A DNA stretch of 63,043 nt, the filler included, from Reticulomyxa filosa (lineage: Eukaryota > Protista > Foraminifera): NCBI GenBank assembly GCA_000512085.1. It is 13 parts of 13 records of this genome, joined end to end, with 100 filler letters (N's around TTAATTAATTAA, not from the genome) between each part and the next. Parts side by side here need not be neighbours in the genome. Positions count along the whole stretch, not along the records: positions 1 to 21,317 come from ASPP01036675.1; 12 more parts are not named here. One strand, 5' to 3'. Position numbers and translations under genes: made by a program. The notes beneath the pieces are model-generated. The model saw only the letters and a program-made list of their open reading frames with translations. It did no database searches and was not told where the DNA came from. Below, one piece after another: positions 1-14,405 of this stretch (position 1 is the first letter of the stretch; each line of letters begins with the position of its first letter).

Positions 1-34
1 GGATCGCTGTTTTTGCGTCCTGGCTGATCGAGCA

Positions 35-1010
35 TTGGTGAACAATGAGACCAATTCAGTATCAAGATCAGATGCGGATAAAGCATTTCTATTGACAAAG
101 ACATTTGCAGAACAACCGCGGCCTCCAAAAGATATTGATGAAAAACATTATGAAATGGGTCATAGTCAGTGCAAGAATTATAGACCAATTACATTGCCGC
201 CAAGTGTTGGTAAATTAATTATTGCACCAAACACAAGAAGGATTCCAGTCTTGGCATAACACAGATGAGTTGTTATTGAGATTAACTGAACAATCCACAA
301 ATCATTCGATTGCAATTCAGTGACTTATGCTGTGCTATTGGATATTTCTGCAGAATTTAAATTAGATGGAAGATTGTATTGTTAGATTAACAGCTTCTTA
401 TCAGATCGACTTGGAAGAGCATTATTGAATGGAGCCAATTCAGAATAGACGGAATTCAATACTGGTGTTCCTCAAGGATCTATTTTATCCAATATTGTTC
501 CTATTATATTAATGATCTAACGACAAATGATGTTAACGAGATGGACAATCAATTACAATTATTACAGCAAAGTCTTTGGTTGAATAAATGGAAGATGTTA
601 CTTGCAGTTGATAAGACGCAGTGCATCACATTCAGGCATCAGAATAAAAAGAAATTTCCAAAGATAGAATTGACATTACAGCAATCAAACCTGAAAGAAT
701 GCGATAATATTAAGTATCTTGGATTGTTCCTCGATTCTCATATTCTTTTTTTTTTTAAGCATGGAAGAATGTAATTTGTTGAATTGATAAAAGGAAAATA
801 TTGTAAAAACAAGCACCTCAATCAAACATGAATGGCTGCTTTCGTTTTATAACAATCCGCCTTGTACCATTCGTGTCAACATCCATATTATCATTCGATA
901 TTGTCGTTGTCGATTGTTTCTGGAATCATGCATGTCCAATCCCGTTTCCAAATCCATATCCACTACCATTTCCAATATCACCATGAATACTGGCATTTAA
1001 TACATCACTA
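35..1010 (+). mobile_element. Decayed non-LTR retrotransposon (LINE) reverse transcriptase remnant
   Basis: RT motifs in correct order across broken frames: KNYRPITLPPSVGKLI (~173-220), YAVLLDISA (~326), GVPQGSIL (464-487), LxxWLNKWKMLLAVDKTQCITF and IKYLGLFLDS (541-774 ORF). Many stops and frameshifts. 3' boundary approximate. Confidence 0.85.
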
Positions 1011-2289
1011 GTGTCAGACATGTTCAAAAGTGTGTTGACATGTCTGCTTTACAATTAGATCGGATTCTTGTTCCAATTCCATGTTGGGTATTTTGTCCAA
1101 TCATGGCTTGGGTAAAGACACCTTGCCTCGACTGTCCGGGTCGCCTTCACAATCCTTGTTATCAGCGAGTGTGTTTCGGTTTTGCTCGAGGTTCAGTAGA
1201 AGTTACCCGATCCTGCGTATCTTGCACTAAGTTGCTTTAGTGTACCGATGTGCAAACTCCTGGTAACTGAGATAGTAACTCTTTTACTGGCAACGGGTGA
1301 TAGGATATCGATCATTGTTTAGCCTTAAGAATGTTCGACGCTTCAGGGAAATTAGCATTCTAGAAGCAAATACCAGTCTTTTGTGTTTGGCAGAACTCCG
1401 AGTAAGTTTAAAAGCACTTCCACCTCTCACAGTCACACACTAGATGTTGAACCGATCCCCAAAAAATGAACTGCAGCAAAAAACGTTGCCAAAGGGTAAC
1501 AAAAATTTTTAAAGTCACACTCCTGCCACAATATCACAAAATCCAAATACTATAAAAATTTTTACTAATTTTCTTGGCCTAAACGACGTTTGAAATCCTT
1601 TCAAAATCTCCTTCAGAACTTAAGAGTATCGAAGTATCTTTACACTTCCAACTGCAATCTCTTTCAAAATACAACTTTTTAAGAAAATGGTGAATGTGTT
1701 AAATATTAATTTTTTTTTTTAGTACTAAATAATACAATACGTTACAAAAAGTAACCCAACAAAATTTGTTTAGGTGAAGATAGAGATTGCATCCTTTTAT
1801 AACATTTCAAAATGATATCAATTTAACCTCCAAAACTTTATGTGATCATCACACATTTGATAACCTCTGTGCAGTTCAGATGGAATCCAATGATCCCTTT
1901 GGGACCACTCTCAGAATCTACAAGACGTCGGCAAGTGGTGACGTCAGATGCTTTGAAAGTTTGAAATTCAACACTATCAGTTACCAATTACAAATTTAAA
2001 CAAAACTATTGCACTCAAAATAAACATAAAATTTGTTGAAACATTTTTATCTTTGGTTTTCGGGCCTCGGTGGCCTTTTCTTTCCTGGTCTTTTGGAGGC
2101 CTTTTCTTTGGTTTTAGGGCCTTTTCTTGCTAGCACGATTGCTTTCCGCACATCTAAATGAGATGCCTGGTCGCGATGAGGAGATGTATTTTGGCATTCT
2201 TGCCACTCCCTTTCGCTCGGCTGTTACCCCTGTTGGCTTTTAGTTAGCAATATATATATATATATTCTTTCGTAATCAGCTTAAACTGT

Positions 2290-4194
2290 CACTCCACCAT
2301 GTCTTGTTACCTTTCCAAATGTCTTGATACCAATACATTTGGTCCAAGATTCGACTGCTTTATTCAATTATCAATATTTCTTTTCAATCTCAATCTAAAC
2401 TGTTACTTCTCAGATTCCAAATCTCAACCTTTTATCGTTCAATTGGTGAAAACCACGTGGTTTTGATATTGAACGTTCTCCAATTGATGTCGCATTGTCT
2501 TTCATGAACGTGCAGTCAAATGTAAATGTATTGATAATATGTAATCCATTGGATACAATGAAATCAAGGATACACTCACATCGTCGATGTTATGATCCAA
2601 CCATGCAGGATGATTTGCATTCAAATCTCCTCCAATGACAATATATTCACATCATATTGTAATTCTTGCTCGAATGCTTGAACATTGAAACGATTACACT
2701 GCAAATTTCAATAGAAACTGCAGAACAATAATAGTTTCTTTGACCAAGACACTGGATTTCAACCCAACACGATTCATAAGTGATGATAAATGTAAATCTC
2801 TTCGACATAACACTCCAGATCTTCCTGTCTCACTCCGTGATGAACATAAAGATACTGTAAATTATAGTCGATGTCCTTCTTCTTTGATCTGAATCCTTCT
2901 GGCAATAAACAAATGTGACGCTTTTGATGCAAGTTTTGTTCTAATGTTTGCTTTGGAATAAAATCCGTTGATATTATTCTGGAATACCAATAGACTGTTG
3001 ATCATAAACATGCTTGCATATTGGTATTCGCAATGTTAATTTCATCTCTTGATCGATTACAGACCCCATCTGCATTAACATCGGGTTAATTGATTGCAAT
3101 AATTTTAATTGCTGGAATGCTGACTTAATCTCTGTCTTAGCGGTAAGATTTCATCAGCATCAGATTTTTTATTCTGCAGCATCTTCTTTTCTTGTTAATT
3201 TAATACCATGCTTTGTAAATTACTTCACATTGCAATGAATTGCTTGGATGTTTGTTACGACATAAAACACATTTATGTTTGCTTGTTTCATAATTTGCCA
3301 ATCCGCAATACTTACATAATTTACGTTTCTTTGTGCACGCACGAGCGATATGATTCAATTTGTAGCATTTCCTGCATTGCTTGAAATGCGACTTTATACG
3401 TGATTTGTTTTTACCTAATGATTCCACTTTCACCATTGAATATACAATCTGAATATCACTGTCTTTCAACATCTTAACGATGTCATCATAATTGACTAGC
3501 ATCACTTTAACGGTTGGTATCTTATGGAATTGTTTCACTTCTTGAATATGATATCCATAATCCTTCAATGTTTTTTTTATTTCATTTCACTTTCTTGGAT
3601 TGATACCTCGAAGCAGTACATGTTTATTTATTTCAGGATTGACCACTGCTTCTCGTTTTTTCTTTTGTTCTGCAGCGAATGTCTTGCGATAAAATCACAT
3701 CTTGGCGCTTTACAATTCAATTCTTTTATTTTCATCTTTACTTTCTTTTTGCTATATTTGTCCATTCTTTATGTTGTTAAAATTATTTGTAAGTTGAATA
3801 AGCTGCTGCTCACTAATATCAACTGCAAAGTGGACAAATATTGTGCGAAAATTTCCAAAAAATGTTTACTAACACCTTTCTGGACATAATATTCTTGTTC
3901 TTTAATCACCAAAATAACTTATTTTAGTTATCTGTACTTAATTGGAGTTACAACAATTGTTGGAGTATTTGTACACATGAATTATCGTCGAATTTGCATA
4001 TTCTTTTTCCACACGTTCTCAAATGTAATATCATCAGCTGTCTTTTCGTCATTGTGTTGTACATTTGAATTTGACACAACGACTTGCAAGTCTGATCGAT
4101 GATACTTTGCCTTCTTCAAATCAACATACATTAATCCACCTGGTGTTTTCCTTTTTGTTGCACTTCTTTTAGCGTTATTATTGCCAATGTCCAT
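2290..4194 (-). mobile_element. Decayed LINE 5' part: ORF1 (gag-like CCHC knuckles) and apurinic endonuclease of ORF2
   Basis: ORF 3200-3568 has CRKCYKLNHIARAC, CKYCG...HKC and CVLCRNKHPSNSLQC knuckle-like motifs. Downstream on the minus strand are APE motifs LVFQNNINGFYSK (~2950-2990) and YIVIGGDLNANHPAW (~2600-2645). Interrupted by stops and frameshifts. Confidence 0.8.
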
Positions 4195-5439
4195 CTTGTT
4201 TTTATCCGTTGGTATTGCATAATTTTGTGGATTTAGTATTTATATACTATAATTAATTACATTTCTATTTTTTATATTGACCTTTTAGTCATTTTAAGAT
4301 TTTGGTTGTCTTTATTTTGTTTTGTGTTTCTTTTTTTAGTACTGCGTTCTACTTCTTATAATGATTTGCTATTTTAACTTTAAAGACATTAGTTTATGCA
4401 TGTAAATATTGCAAAAAGCATTGCAAGTTGATTATGAATCTATATATTATTATGAACTGGACTCTAACATATATATAATCGTTTTTGCAATTTCTTCTTA
4501 TCTTTCGCTTGATGATACAATCTTGAAAATAATATTTCATGATCTTGTGTTTTGTTTTTGTTTATTTACATACATTATATTGTACATTGTTTTTCTTTTA
4601 TTCTTATCTTGATTTTTTCTTTTTTATGAAGTTACATCGTTAATATTGTTGATATTTTCTTTTACTACAATATTATTCTTTTCTTGTTGCTCAAGTATTT
4701 CTGAATTGACTGAATTCCATTCTAAATATTTTTCTTTTATAGTTCTTGGTAGCGCTGTTACCTTATTGTTAATTGTCCTTATATTGTGCCAGCAATTCAC
4801 TTAATAAAAACGTTCTCCAAATGAGTCAAATTAGTAGAATTTTTGTCATTTGCTTGTTTTCACATTTCTTCATTCCATGATGTCTTCAATAGTTGACTTT
4901 GTTTCATTTTTCAATTGAACACACAAACTTTGCTTTTCTTCCAATGAAAATTCTTTCAACAATATCAAACACTAAAAAACGCAAAATAAACTTCAAAACT
5001 AATATATGTTGAAGTATCTAGTTAGCTTTAGCACATGTCCTCAGAAACAACTTTCCGTTGATACTTTATATTGATAAAGATATTATGATTTTTTTTTTTA
5101 GATCCTTTTGTAGATAATTTTGAAGAAACAGTAAAAAAAAGTAGTCAGACAACTGAAATTCTTCACTGCTAGATGTTGCAGTAACTAACTGTTTTAATAA
5201 TCTCCTTTAAAATTTAACTTGCAAAGTTGTATCGATTGTGAATGATATTAAAATGAATTTTTGTTAGTGTGCAGAACAAAAGTTTTTCGACATTAATATA
5301 ATTTTCTTTTAAAAAGTTTGTACATTTTTGTAAATGTGTAATTTTTCACCTCATTAAATGTTTAAAAACAATTTTTTCATTAAAATTTAAATAATTCAGT
5401 AAATCATTGGGTTTAACCAACAGTTTGAAAAGTAACAAG

Positions 5440-8400
5440 TCAATTTTCTGTTTTCAACGCCATTGCCAGCCTTTGTGATTGATCAAAATCGTTGAAAGAT
5501 GATATTGTATTCAAGTTATTCAATCGATATACGTCAATTTCGCCATTTGTTAAGCCCTTTGTGTCCAATAATTTATATTTGCAAATATTTTAGAAAAATT
5601 TGTTTTATTGTTATTATCTGAACTGCCAAAAGCACTTGAGAAGTAGTTGTAAATCGTATAACATTTGCCTCCAATTTGGTATTCGTTCTTGAGGGAGTGC
5701 TTTTCTTTTTTGATTTATCTGTTAAATTTACTTTCTCAATTTTGGTTGTATTTTTAGAAATATCATTGATTTCTCCACTTGGTTTGTCACTATCGTTGTT
5801 CGAATTCAACTGTTTGTCGCTATCTTTGTAATGAGTAGTTATGCATTCAGTATTTGCTTTGTTTTCATTTATTGCCATATTTTCAACGCCGTTTTTATTG
5901 CTCTTTGGATCATTTGAATCGACATGTTGGCTTGATGTGCTCGGAGTGTTTGAACTAGTGAGCAAATGCGTTATTATTGGATCCTTTTTGCTTTGATGAA
6001 TATCCCATACTTGAATTTTGCCACCCTGAGATGATGAAGCAAAGACGCACGAATCAAATGGAGACCAGCACACGTCAATGATTGATTGAGACCCGGGACA
6101 CAAATCTAGACAAGGAGTGTTCAAATGTTCGTTCCAAATCTTGATTGTCCAGTCATTAGAACAAGTCAAAAACTTATCACTATCGAATGGAGAGCAAGTA
6201 AGCTGTAATTAAATTAAAACGTTGGAATTGATTTGTTTTCTTACAAATTTTTACAAAAAAAGGATCCGTAACTCGATAAACAGCAGCTGTGTGGCCATAA
6301 TAGGTTTTTAGCACTTGTTCGTTGTAGGAAATTGAGCACTGTTTTAACATATTTGTTAAAATTTGATATGTGATTATTATTTGTTTGCTTTAAAATGCAG
6401 CCAAAACTTTGTGTACGATTCCATCTTCTGTTCCGACATAGTATTGCGTATTAGTAGGTCCATTTGGGAAATCAAAGCACATTCCACTTCCCCGACAGCT
6501 TCGAATGGTGTTGTCTAGCACCGATCCCTGAAAGAGATTATGCTTGATGTTAGGTGTTATCTCAGGCAAATTGTTATAATTAGCCTAACTTGTAAACTTG
6601 CCAAATTGGGTATTCTTTTCAGTGTCATGATATTTTGGCTATAAAAGCCCTTTTTCATGGACCATTGCTTTACCAATCCGTCACTGGAAATTGAAAACAG
6701 CTTTTGTCTTTGATGTAGCTTGCTACTATTTGAACTATCATAATCGAAGTTTGAACCGTTTTTGTTTTTGTCGCTGTGCGGTGTTGCATATCCGGAAGCC
6801 AAATTGGAAAGTCGTGATTCGATGGGTTTTTCCCATAACACGTTCCACACTGGTGTGCTGTGTTTGCAAGATCCTAATTCCGAGTGCACAAGTGGTGCAT
6901 CGCGACTTTTTTCGCTCATACGCAGATCGTACACACAAACATTTCCATCAAATAGACCGACTGCCAGCAAAGAGGGATGCGATGTGCTAAAGTTTAGGCT
7001 GCAAACACTGCTACCACATTCATAAATGCGCTCAGGGTTGTATGGGTTTTTTAAGGTCCAAAACATAATCTTGCCTTGATCGGTGTTACCAAACGAAGTA
7101 GAGCCATATCCGGCGACAATCAAATCCTTTTTTTTATACGTTATATTGTTCTTTAAACAGAAAAGATATTTTTATTGTATTTTCGAGTAACTTTATTGCC
7201 CGGATTTATATCAATTGCAGAACAAGGCAAATTATTTGTCTTTGCAGTCGCAAAAGTGAACAGCTTGCGCAAATGTGGCAAGACTGTTCCCTCGCTATTT
7301 GTGTCATCTTTGTGTTCTTGACTCGGTCGTGTGTCTATGTCGGAAGGTCTCTGCGTTTCTTCAACTACTTCTCTCTCCGAAGGCTTTTCTTCCTTGCTTT
7401 TTTCTGGCTTTGTTTGATTATCATTATTCACAATCATCTCCTCGTCTACTTTGTCATCCTTTTCTTTTAATTTGCCTGATTTTATTTCTAAGTAAAAAAA
7501 AAAAGAGATATGGCCAACAAATGAATGAGCTACAAAAAACAAAACAATTGGCAATACCAGTATTAAAACTATTATCCGCCGTGCTGGGCAAAGATTTGGT
7601 ATTTGCTAGTTCCAGTTTTGGGACATCTCTTTTGTCGTTGTTTTGTTCATTAGTTATATTTTTGCTTTGTTCCACTTCTGGTTGATTATTATTTTCTGCC
7701 GACTCACTATAAAGGCAAAAAATAATATAGACCACAATCGCATTGTCAAAAAACATAGCAATATTGTCACGTTTTCAAATCAGACTTACTTATCTCCGTC
7801 AGAATTCATTCGGTATAGAATTTGCTGCTCTGCTATGATATTTTGAAGTATTGCACGTTCCATATATTTGAGATTCATCTCCAATTGTTTGCAATTTGCC
7901 ATCTGTTGTCTATTTGACAAGATTATTTGATTTTCATTGTTTCATTGTCAAAAAAAGCATTTTTGTAGAACGTGTTGATCAATTGTACATACATTATTTC
8001 TGGGGTTGCTTCGACACACGACATCTGTAATTTAAAATAAAGCGACATCATGAAACGCAAATACAAAAAAAAAAGAAGAACGCCACACGTTGAATTTTCA
8101 AAAAGTGCTAACTGAAGTGAGATTCTTTTCTGGAACATTTTTTTCAGTTCTTGGTTCTTTGTGAAGTGACTCATGTAACAAGCAACGAGAAACTATTGGA
8201 TTGACATTTTTATCTCAATAAGCAACAGCACAAATTGCACACGAAAAATCGAAACTATACAATTATCATACCTTGGGTGCCACATTCTTTTAACGGGGAA
8301 GAGTTGGCTTCCATTCCTCTTTCTTTCAAGGGCAAATTAAAAGTTTGCGTCGAAACACAAGAAAAGAAATCCTTATCTCCAGAGGCACTAAGTATTTTTT

Positions 8401-9638
8401 CGTATCTATCATTTGCTTTTATCACTTCAATTTTTTCTTTCTCGTATTCTTCTATGTTTCTGACGATTGAAGGTTGGACATTTAACAATATTGTTGTTTC
8501 TGTTTCATTCAACTGTTTAACCCAAACCAATGATAACATATTTGTGCAAAACTTACATTATTTATAACTCTATTTTGGAATCAATAAAATAAGGAAGAAA
8601 ACACGTATAACGCGAAAACACAAATAATGAACTCCTGAAAAAAACCACAAAATAATTTTATTGAAAAGACGTAACTTCGATGGCAATTTCTTCGTCAAGA
8701 AGCTCTGGATGATCTTTGATAATTTTATTAAATTTGTTTGGAGAAGTGGTCACGTCTAAATCGTTATCTCCTGGACGAATAACTCCTGTCTCCGAAAAAG
8801 CATTAAATCGCATTGTAACACGTCCAGTATCCATGTTGATACTGCCCCCAGCAATTTCTGTGTCGTTCCTTGTATTTGCATTGGAAATCGGAATAAATAT
8901 CTCGCTCATCTCTGCACTGCCACTGTAATCGCTTGGATAGGAACTCAAATGTGACTGGTGCAGACCGGGTGAGGTCTGAGTACCCATCAGAGTCGATAAC
9001 GATACGGTGTCATCGTCAGTATGTTCTTTATCGTGGAACGGTTCATCCGGAGGAATGAAAACATTTAATAGTTCGTGCGTATAGTTTTCAAATAAAGGCT
9101 TTTCCTTATTTTTTTTTTGTCATACAATTAATATGACAGCTACAAAAAATGTTCTTAGACATGCAAATTTCACAAAACTGAACTTGCACCTTGAATGCTA
9201 ATCTTGGACGAATCAATAACTATTGGCAATGGTGTAACTTCTTTGCCATCTCGGTAAATTACGGGATCTCCGTTTCCTCTTTGAAAATAAATTAATTCTC
9301 AAAAAAAAAGGCTTTTAAAAAAGTTAAACACACTCACCGAACAGCGGAAAATTGGCTTTCTTGATTTGTTCGCCCTCTAGTGGATTTAGTCCAGCGACTT
9401 TTTCCAATGCGTGAGATTACACGCGATCCAAAGGAAGGCTTTGGCTTTGCTTTGGAGTTTAAAAAACTTCTTGAAGTATCTAAGCAACAAAAAAACCGTT
9501 AAAAAATACCGTTTAATGTGCAAGGCAAAAACTTAGATTGTTTCCAATACTGTTACTAGATGGATTTGCTTCATGTATAAGTTTCTTTACTGTTTTTTCA
9601 TCGGTTTGATATTTTAAGCTTTCTGAATTTGGCTTCAT
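5440..9638 (-). CDS. DNAI4: Axonemal dynein WD40 intermediate chain, WDR78/IC138-like (multi-exon)
   Basis: Spliced exons give IVAGYGS..F....GKIMFWTLKNPYNPER, PSLLAVGLFDGNVCVYD, LFSISSDGLVKQWSMKKG, YYVGTEDGIVHK|CSISYNEQVLKTYYGH and FLTCSNDWTIKIW. GT-AG introns. TGA at 5440-5442; the ATG at 9638 and the 5' exon structure are inferred. Confidence 0.85.
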
Positions 9639-10109
9639 CACTTCAAAACACAAGTTAGATTTTTTTTAACGAGGCTTCTCCTACAGTTCTGCTCCTAAAA
9701 CGTTGTCCCCACATCCGATCAGTTTATCAAAAGATATTTTTAGATGTTGCTTTTCAATTCAACAGTACTATAAATTTCAAAAAAAGTCTGTATATTTGCA
9801 TATTTCCGCTTCAAAGCCAGTTGGATTTTTTTACAATATACTGTTCTCGATGAAATGATTATGTTACAAAGTGTTTTTTGACAAAAACTCCAATATATCA
9901 TGTAGTTATTTTTCACTAAGATATATGTGCAAATGTGACGGTGGTGTAATAGTGAGGACTTTTTGTTCTTTTTTTGTGAATGTTGAATTGAAGGTTAAAA
10001 GAACAGTTGTTAGTTTCAACTTTGCGTAATTTTTAAAACATATTGTACGTTGGTAATTTTGAAAAAAGCTTTATTTAAGTGCTTAGGAAAGAGATTATCA
10101 AGAAATTAG

Positions 10110-12275
10110 ATGGCATCGACTTGCGTGCCTAGTGTGTTCAACTCGCAATTTGAGTGTAACTCATCTTACTATTCCCAATGTGTATTAGAGGAAATGTACA
10201 TGACAAAATTGCACATAACTCCGCTCTCATTCCATAAATTGGAAATTACATCTCATTTGGAACCACTTGTGAAGGGCCGTCACGGAATAGGAACAAAAGA
10301 GGACATAGCTAATATGTTTATCAGTTGTTGGGAAGAGAGTGATAAATTTGATACCTGGAACGGCCCAAGTGCAAATTACCGAGAAAAGTCATCAACACCA
10401 GACAGCCCAGGAGTGGCAGATATTCGTGACGACATAAATTCTTGGTGTTTTGATCAAAAACATCCGCAATCCGACCGTTGCAGGGCACTGAAAGTGTATC
10501 AACACTCGGTGATTTTTAATGATGATAAATGGGAAATTCGGTTTGCGATAAGTGGAATAAGACAGAATAATCCTAAATCTTCAATAACGATAGAAATACA
10601 AATATTGTTTGATGACACTGCCTATCAAGTTAAGTAAGCTGATAATTGTGTTGGCAAAAGAATGAATCACAGTTCTTCACATAACAGCAAGAAAAAAACA
10701 GAAATTTCGCACGCCTCAAAAGCAGCAGATGTTTCTGTGCTTTTCAAATGCAAATGTGCAAATAAATACCCCTTTTATTTTTTTTCTTGGCTTGAGAAAG
10801 TTTGCGCAAACTTAAGACAAATGATTCTGTTTAAGTTTGAATGTACATCATCGTGTGTGCTTTTTGTGATTGATTTTTGAAAGCATCGCTTCACGATAAG
10901 CAGCGACATGAGCTCAATATTGCAGTACACGATCGAGAATTTGGCAGAGGAGCAATGGCAAATAAATGACATTCCAGTGGACATTTGGAATACCATTCAA
11001 GAATATGTTCCAATTACTTTGGACTCATGGCGAGCCATCGTTGATGATTGACGACATTGGCCAACAATTGGATGACAACAAGTTGCCAAAGATTTACTGT
11101 GCACTGATCGGATTTGGCGTGAAGGATTTTTCATTGAAACGACTTGTCCAAAGAGAGTTATTCCTTGCGCTATTAAATGTGGTTAATTATATTATAAATA
11201 TATATATATATATATGTATATGTGAAAAACGATTGTAATTGCAAAAAATGGGCAAAACAAATTGCAACAAATACAGAAACTTGCGATGATTTTGATGGAG
11301 TATTCATCCCCACAGAAATTCGACCTCGTCCGACTGCGAGCTGTGTTATATGGATTGACGACGATACCGCGAGCAGCAATCCAAAGGACAACAACAAAAC
11401 GGATGCAAACCAGGACGAGGAGGAATGCGTTCCATACGTCATACGATCGTATGAATCAAGCCATTGGTACAATGACAACGGTCTTTATGCGTATTCGTAT
11501 GATGTTTCCTCTCCTTCTTACAATCCTTACAACAACAATAGCGATCCTATGGCATACGTGCAACAATTGCCTCAACTTCTCACTTTAAATCCTTGTGGAT
11601 ATCTTAGCGATTCTGACACCACTGTCCGTGACGATATTGTACCATCGCCTCCATTTGCATCTCTTGCACTTATCAATGGAGGGACACCTTTGACTTCACA
11701 GCCCCAAACCAATATTTGGGAAAATCAACTGCACAAAGAAGAGGGATACGATCAAAGCAACGAGTGGGAGCATGAGTACTTGAATCTGAATGACATGTCA
11801 GCTTATGTATCACTTTGCATGTTTATGTCAAATGTTTGTCCATACATTTCAAAAAAAGCGGCAAACTACATTTCGTTGATACTTTCCTCATAACAAAAGG
11901 TGCACAAGGACCATGCCATTGGAATACCTGCAAGCGTATCCCAGTTCTTCGCCTATTATTTCTCCCGGATTTAATGCAGCTGGGCATGAAGTAATTAATC
12001 CAATGACCGGCCATAATTGCAGTTGTCAAAACTATTTAAACATGGGTTATTGTTACTGTCGCTGGCCTCAAGTAATGACTGAAGGCAATGTTTTTCTATA
12101 CTGGCCTTACATGAACTCCTCTGCTACCATGTATCCTACCACAGTGCACGATGCTAGTCAAGAGAATAGAGAACAATATTGGCCACCAATGTCCTGTCCA
12201 AGAAATATGCCAGCAAATACGTATGGATGTCGCCAAAATCACTTACACGACACTCAAAAAGTCCACAAACAATAA
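10110..12275 (+). CDS. Hypothetical multi-exon protein (unknown function; low-complexity Pro/Tyr/Asn-rich C-terminal part)
   Basis: Consecutive plus-strand ORFs (10110-10637, 10662-10880, 10966-11238, 11222-11893, 11913-12275) with higher GC than the flanks and intron-like AT/TA tracts between them. No family recognised; exon structure uncertain. Confidence 0.5.
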
Positions 12276-12791
12276 TAATGTCTATTTTTAATAGACTTTT
12301 GCTGATTACAATATCACAGCAACGAGGTTAGTGATGACATTGACCGTTTTAATAACAATCTTTTCAAAGTTGCAACCATACATTTTCTCACGGCTCTGAC
12401 AATTTGTTGATCTATTCGTTTTTTGTTTCTTCAAGGATCGAGATTTGCGTTTGCCTAGCTTTTTTTTTCCGTTTGCCTTCCTTTTTGTTGTGATGTAACT
12501 GATGCACAGATTGCCTGCAATCAATTGTTTTTGTTCTGTTTTTGTTTTTTCTTTTTTACATTGTTGAGAGACTACGTAGCATACTGTGAAGAATGTTTTT
12601 GCACGCATTACTTCAAATGTCTTTTCATCTGTGCCAAGCCTCTACCCTTCAATCTTTTTAAAAGAAGAGGACACAATATTATTGTAATGCCCTATTTCAA
12701 AGATATTAGTTACGCAGAATATCTTTGTTAAAGACTAAAAAAAAATACTTGCTTCAGAGCTTTTAAAACAACGTTTTGAGTTAGGCCCTTA

Positions 12792-13930
12792 ATGAAATTG
12801 TCAATGCAGAATTTTCTTCAATTTTGTTATTGGTGGATTATTATCACCATTCCGTTTTGTAATTCATCTACTCTCAATCAAACGTTTTACGGAGTTGTTT
12901 TACAGCAGGGTGACGACGGACTGGAAGGTTACACCGCATTCATTACCGACGATTATATAACAACAAACATTTCCCTTGGTATCTTCTATAGCAATTATAG
13001 TCACAGTGAGGGATGTTTTGGTTTAGTTAAGTTTCATCTGTGGTGTATGAAGAGACTCAATTATTTTTTTTTGAGGGAATAGAGCAAGTGCGAGGGTCAT
13101 TACGTTTTGTTTAAAATGATTCTTAGGATTCGTACTATTGGTCATATTATACAACCAATATTATGAATGAAAGTGCGATGTGCACGAATTTATTTGTAAT
13201 AAGTCCATTGGATTCCACGTATATGTTTGGCCAATTTGAAAATGAGACAATTGCCTTGTATTGTTTAGATCAAATGGATTATCCTTTGCTCAACGTTGCT
13301 AAAGATGTTTCATCATCGTCTGTATATGTGTCTTACATGTCACCAACAGAATTTAAAGTAAACACCGTTTTATCGTCTAGAATCCCCGAAGAATTGCTTA
13401 CAGAAAACACCACTATGTTAACTTCGTTGTTTTCGTCCCCAGATATTTTCAATTGTTATTTATGTGTTGGTAATTATCCAGCATTTGTAGTTTTCAACAT
13501 ATTTGAAGACATGCAATACGAAGTCAACTTGTTTCAAAGTAATGAGTATGGCTGTGAAAATACGTTGCAACAACAGCCAATAGACAATTATACTTTTGCA
13601 TTCATGTTTGGTTCGGATATTCCTTTGGAAGTCAACGTCATTGCGCAAGCAAAAACCAGTGGACAATGGTATTTGGGAACTTTGGATTTTGTTTTAGCTC
13701 CAGACGAGGCTGTTGGTTGGTGTTTCATTAAGCAGACTATTGATTTACCGACAAATGAAGAGTTTTTAATTGCAGATGTCAATGCGACTGCTTTTCAAAT
13801 GGTTGTATTGATGAGTAATGGTCTTTATGATGTCAATTTGGCTTCAGGGGCAGTCACATTACTGGGCTTCGAAGGAGATCCTCAAGGTGTTCAAGAAATT
13901 GCTTCCATTAATTATTTGAATTTTTATTAA
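12792..13930 (+). CDS. Hypothetical secreted protein
   Basis: Hydrophobic N-terminus (FCYWWIIITIPFCNS) resembles a signal peptide. An intron ending TAG at 13126 joins in frame to the 255-aa acidic ORF ending 13930. Confidence 0.6.
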
Positions 13931-14405
13931 ATTTTTGTTTTTTTTCTTGTATAGCCTCTTTTAATTGCTTATCTTTTTTAAGAATTCTAACTAATTTCTT
14001 TCAAAAGTGAATTGTATGATACCCTATTATTTTAATTGTCACATAAAAGGAATTTACAATTCAAAATTGGACAAACTTAAAATTGAAAAAGATTTCGACA
14101 AGCAACACCTAACTGTAACTTAATACTCAAATTTTATTGTCGATTACATTTAAGATTGTCCAATGATTTCAGTTTGCTGGCGATACTGAATTACAAATTG
14201 AAGTTGTAAAGATGAGCAATATCCAAAAAAAGTATATTACATTTGTTATAGTTAATGCAAAAATAGTAAATTGATAAGAACGTTCTGCTAAATGTGATCA
14301 ACACCAAAAAAATGCAATGATCACCTAAATTTCTCAGACAACGCCTTCATGGCTTGCAATTCATGAGAATTAAAATAAAAAATGTGGAGTTTGCTTTGTT
14401 CAAAG

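Noticed and set aside
5440-7200. Apparent rule that all introns are phase 0 with GTT donors
   Set aside because: True for five consecutive dynein introns, but citrate synthase, MAPK, PhyH and CAP-Gly genes have phase 1 and 2 introns and other donors
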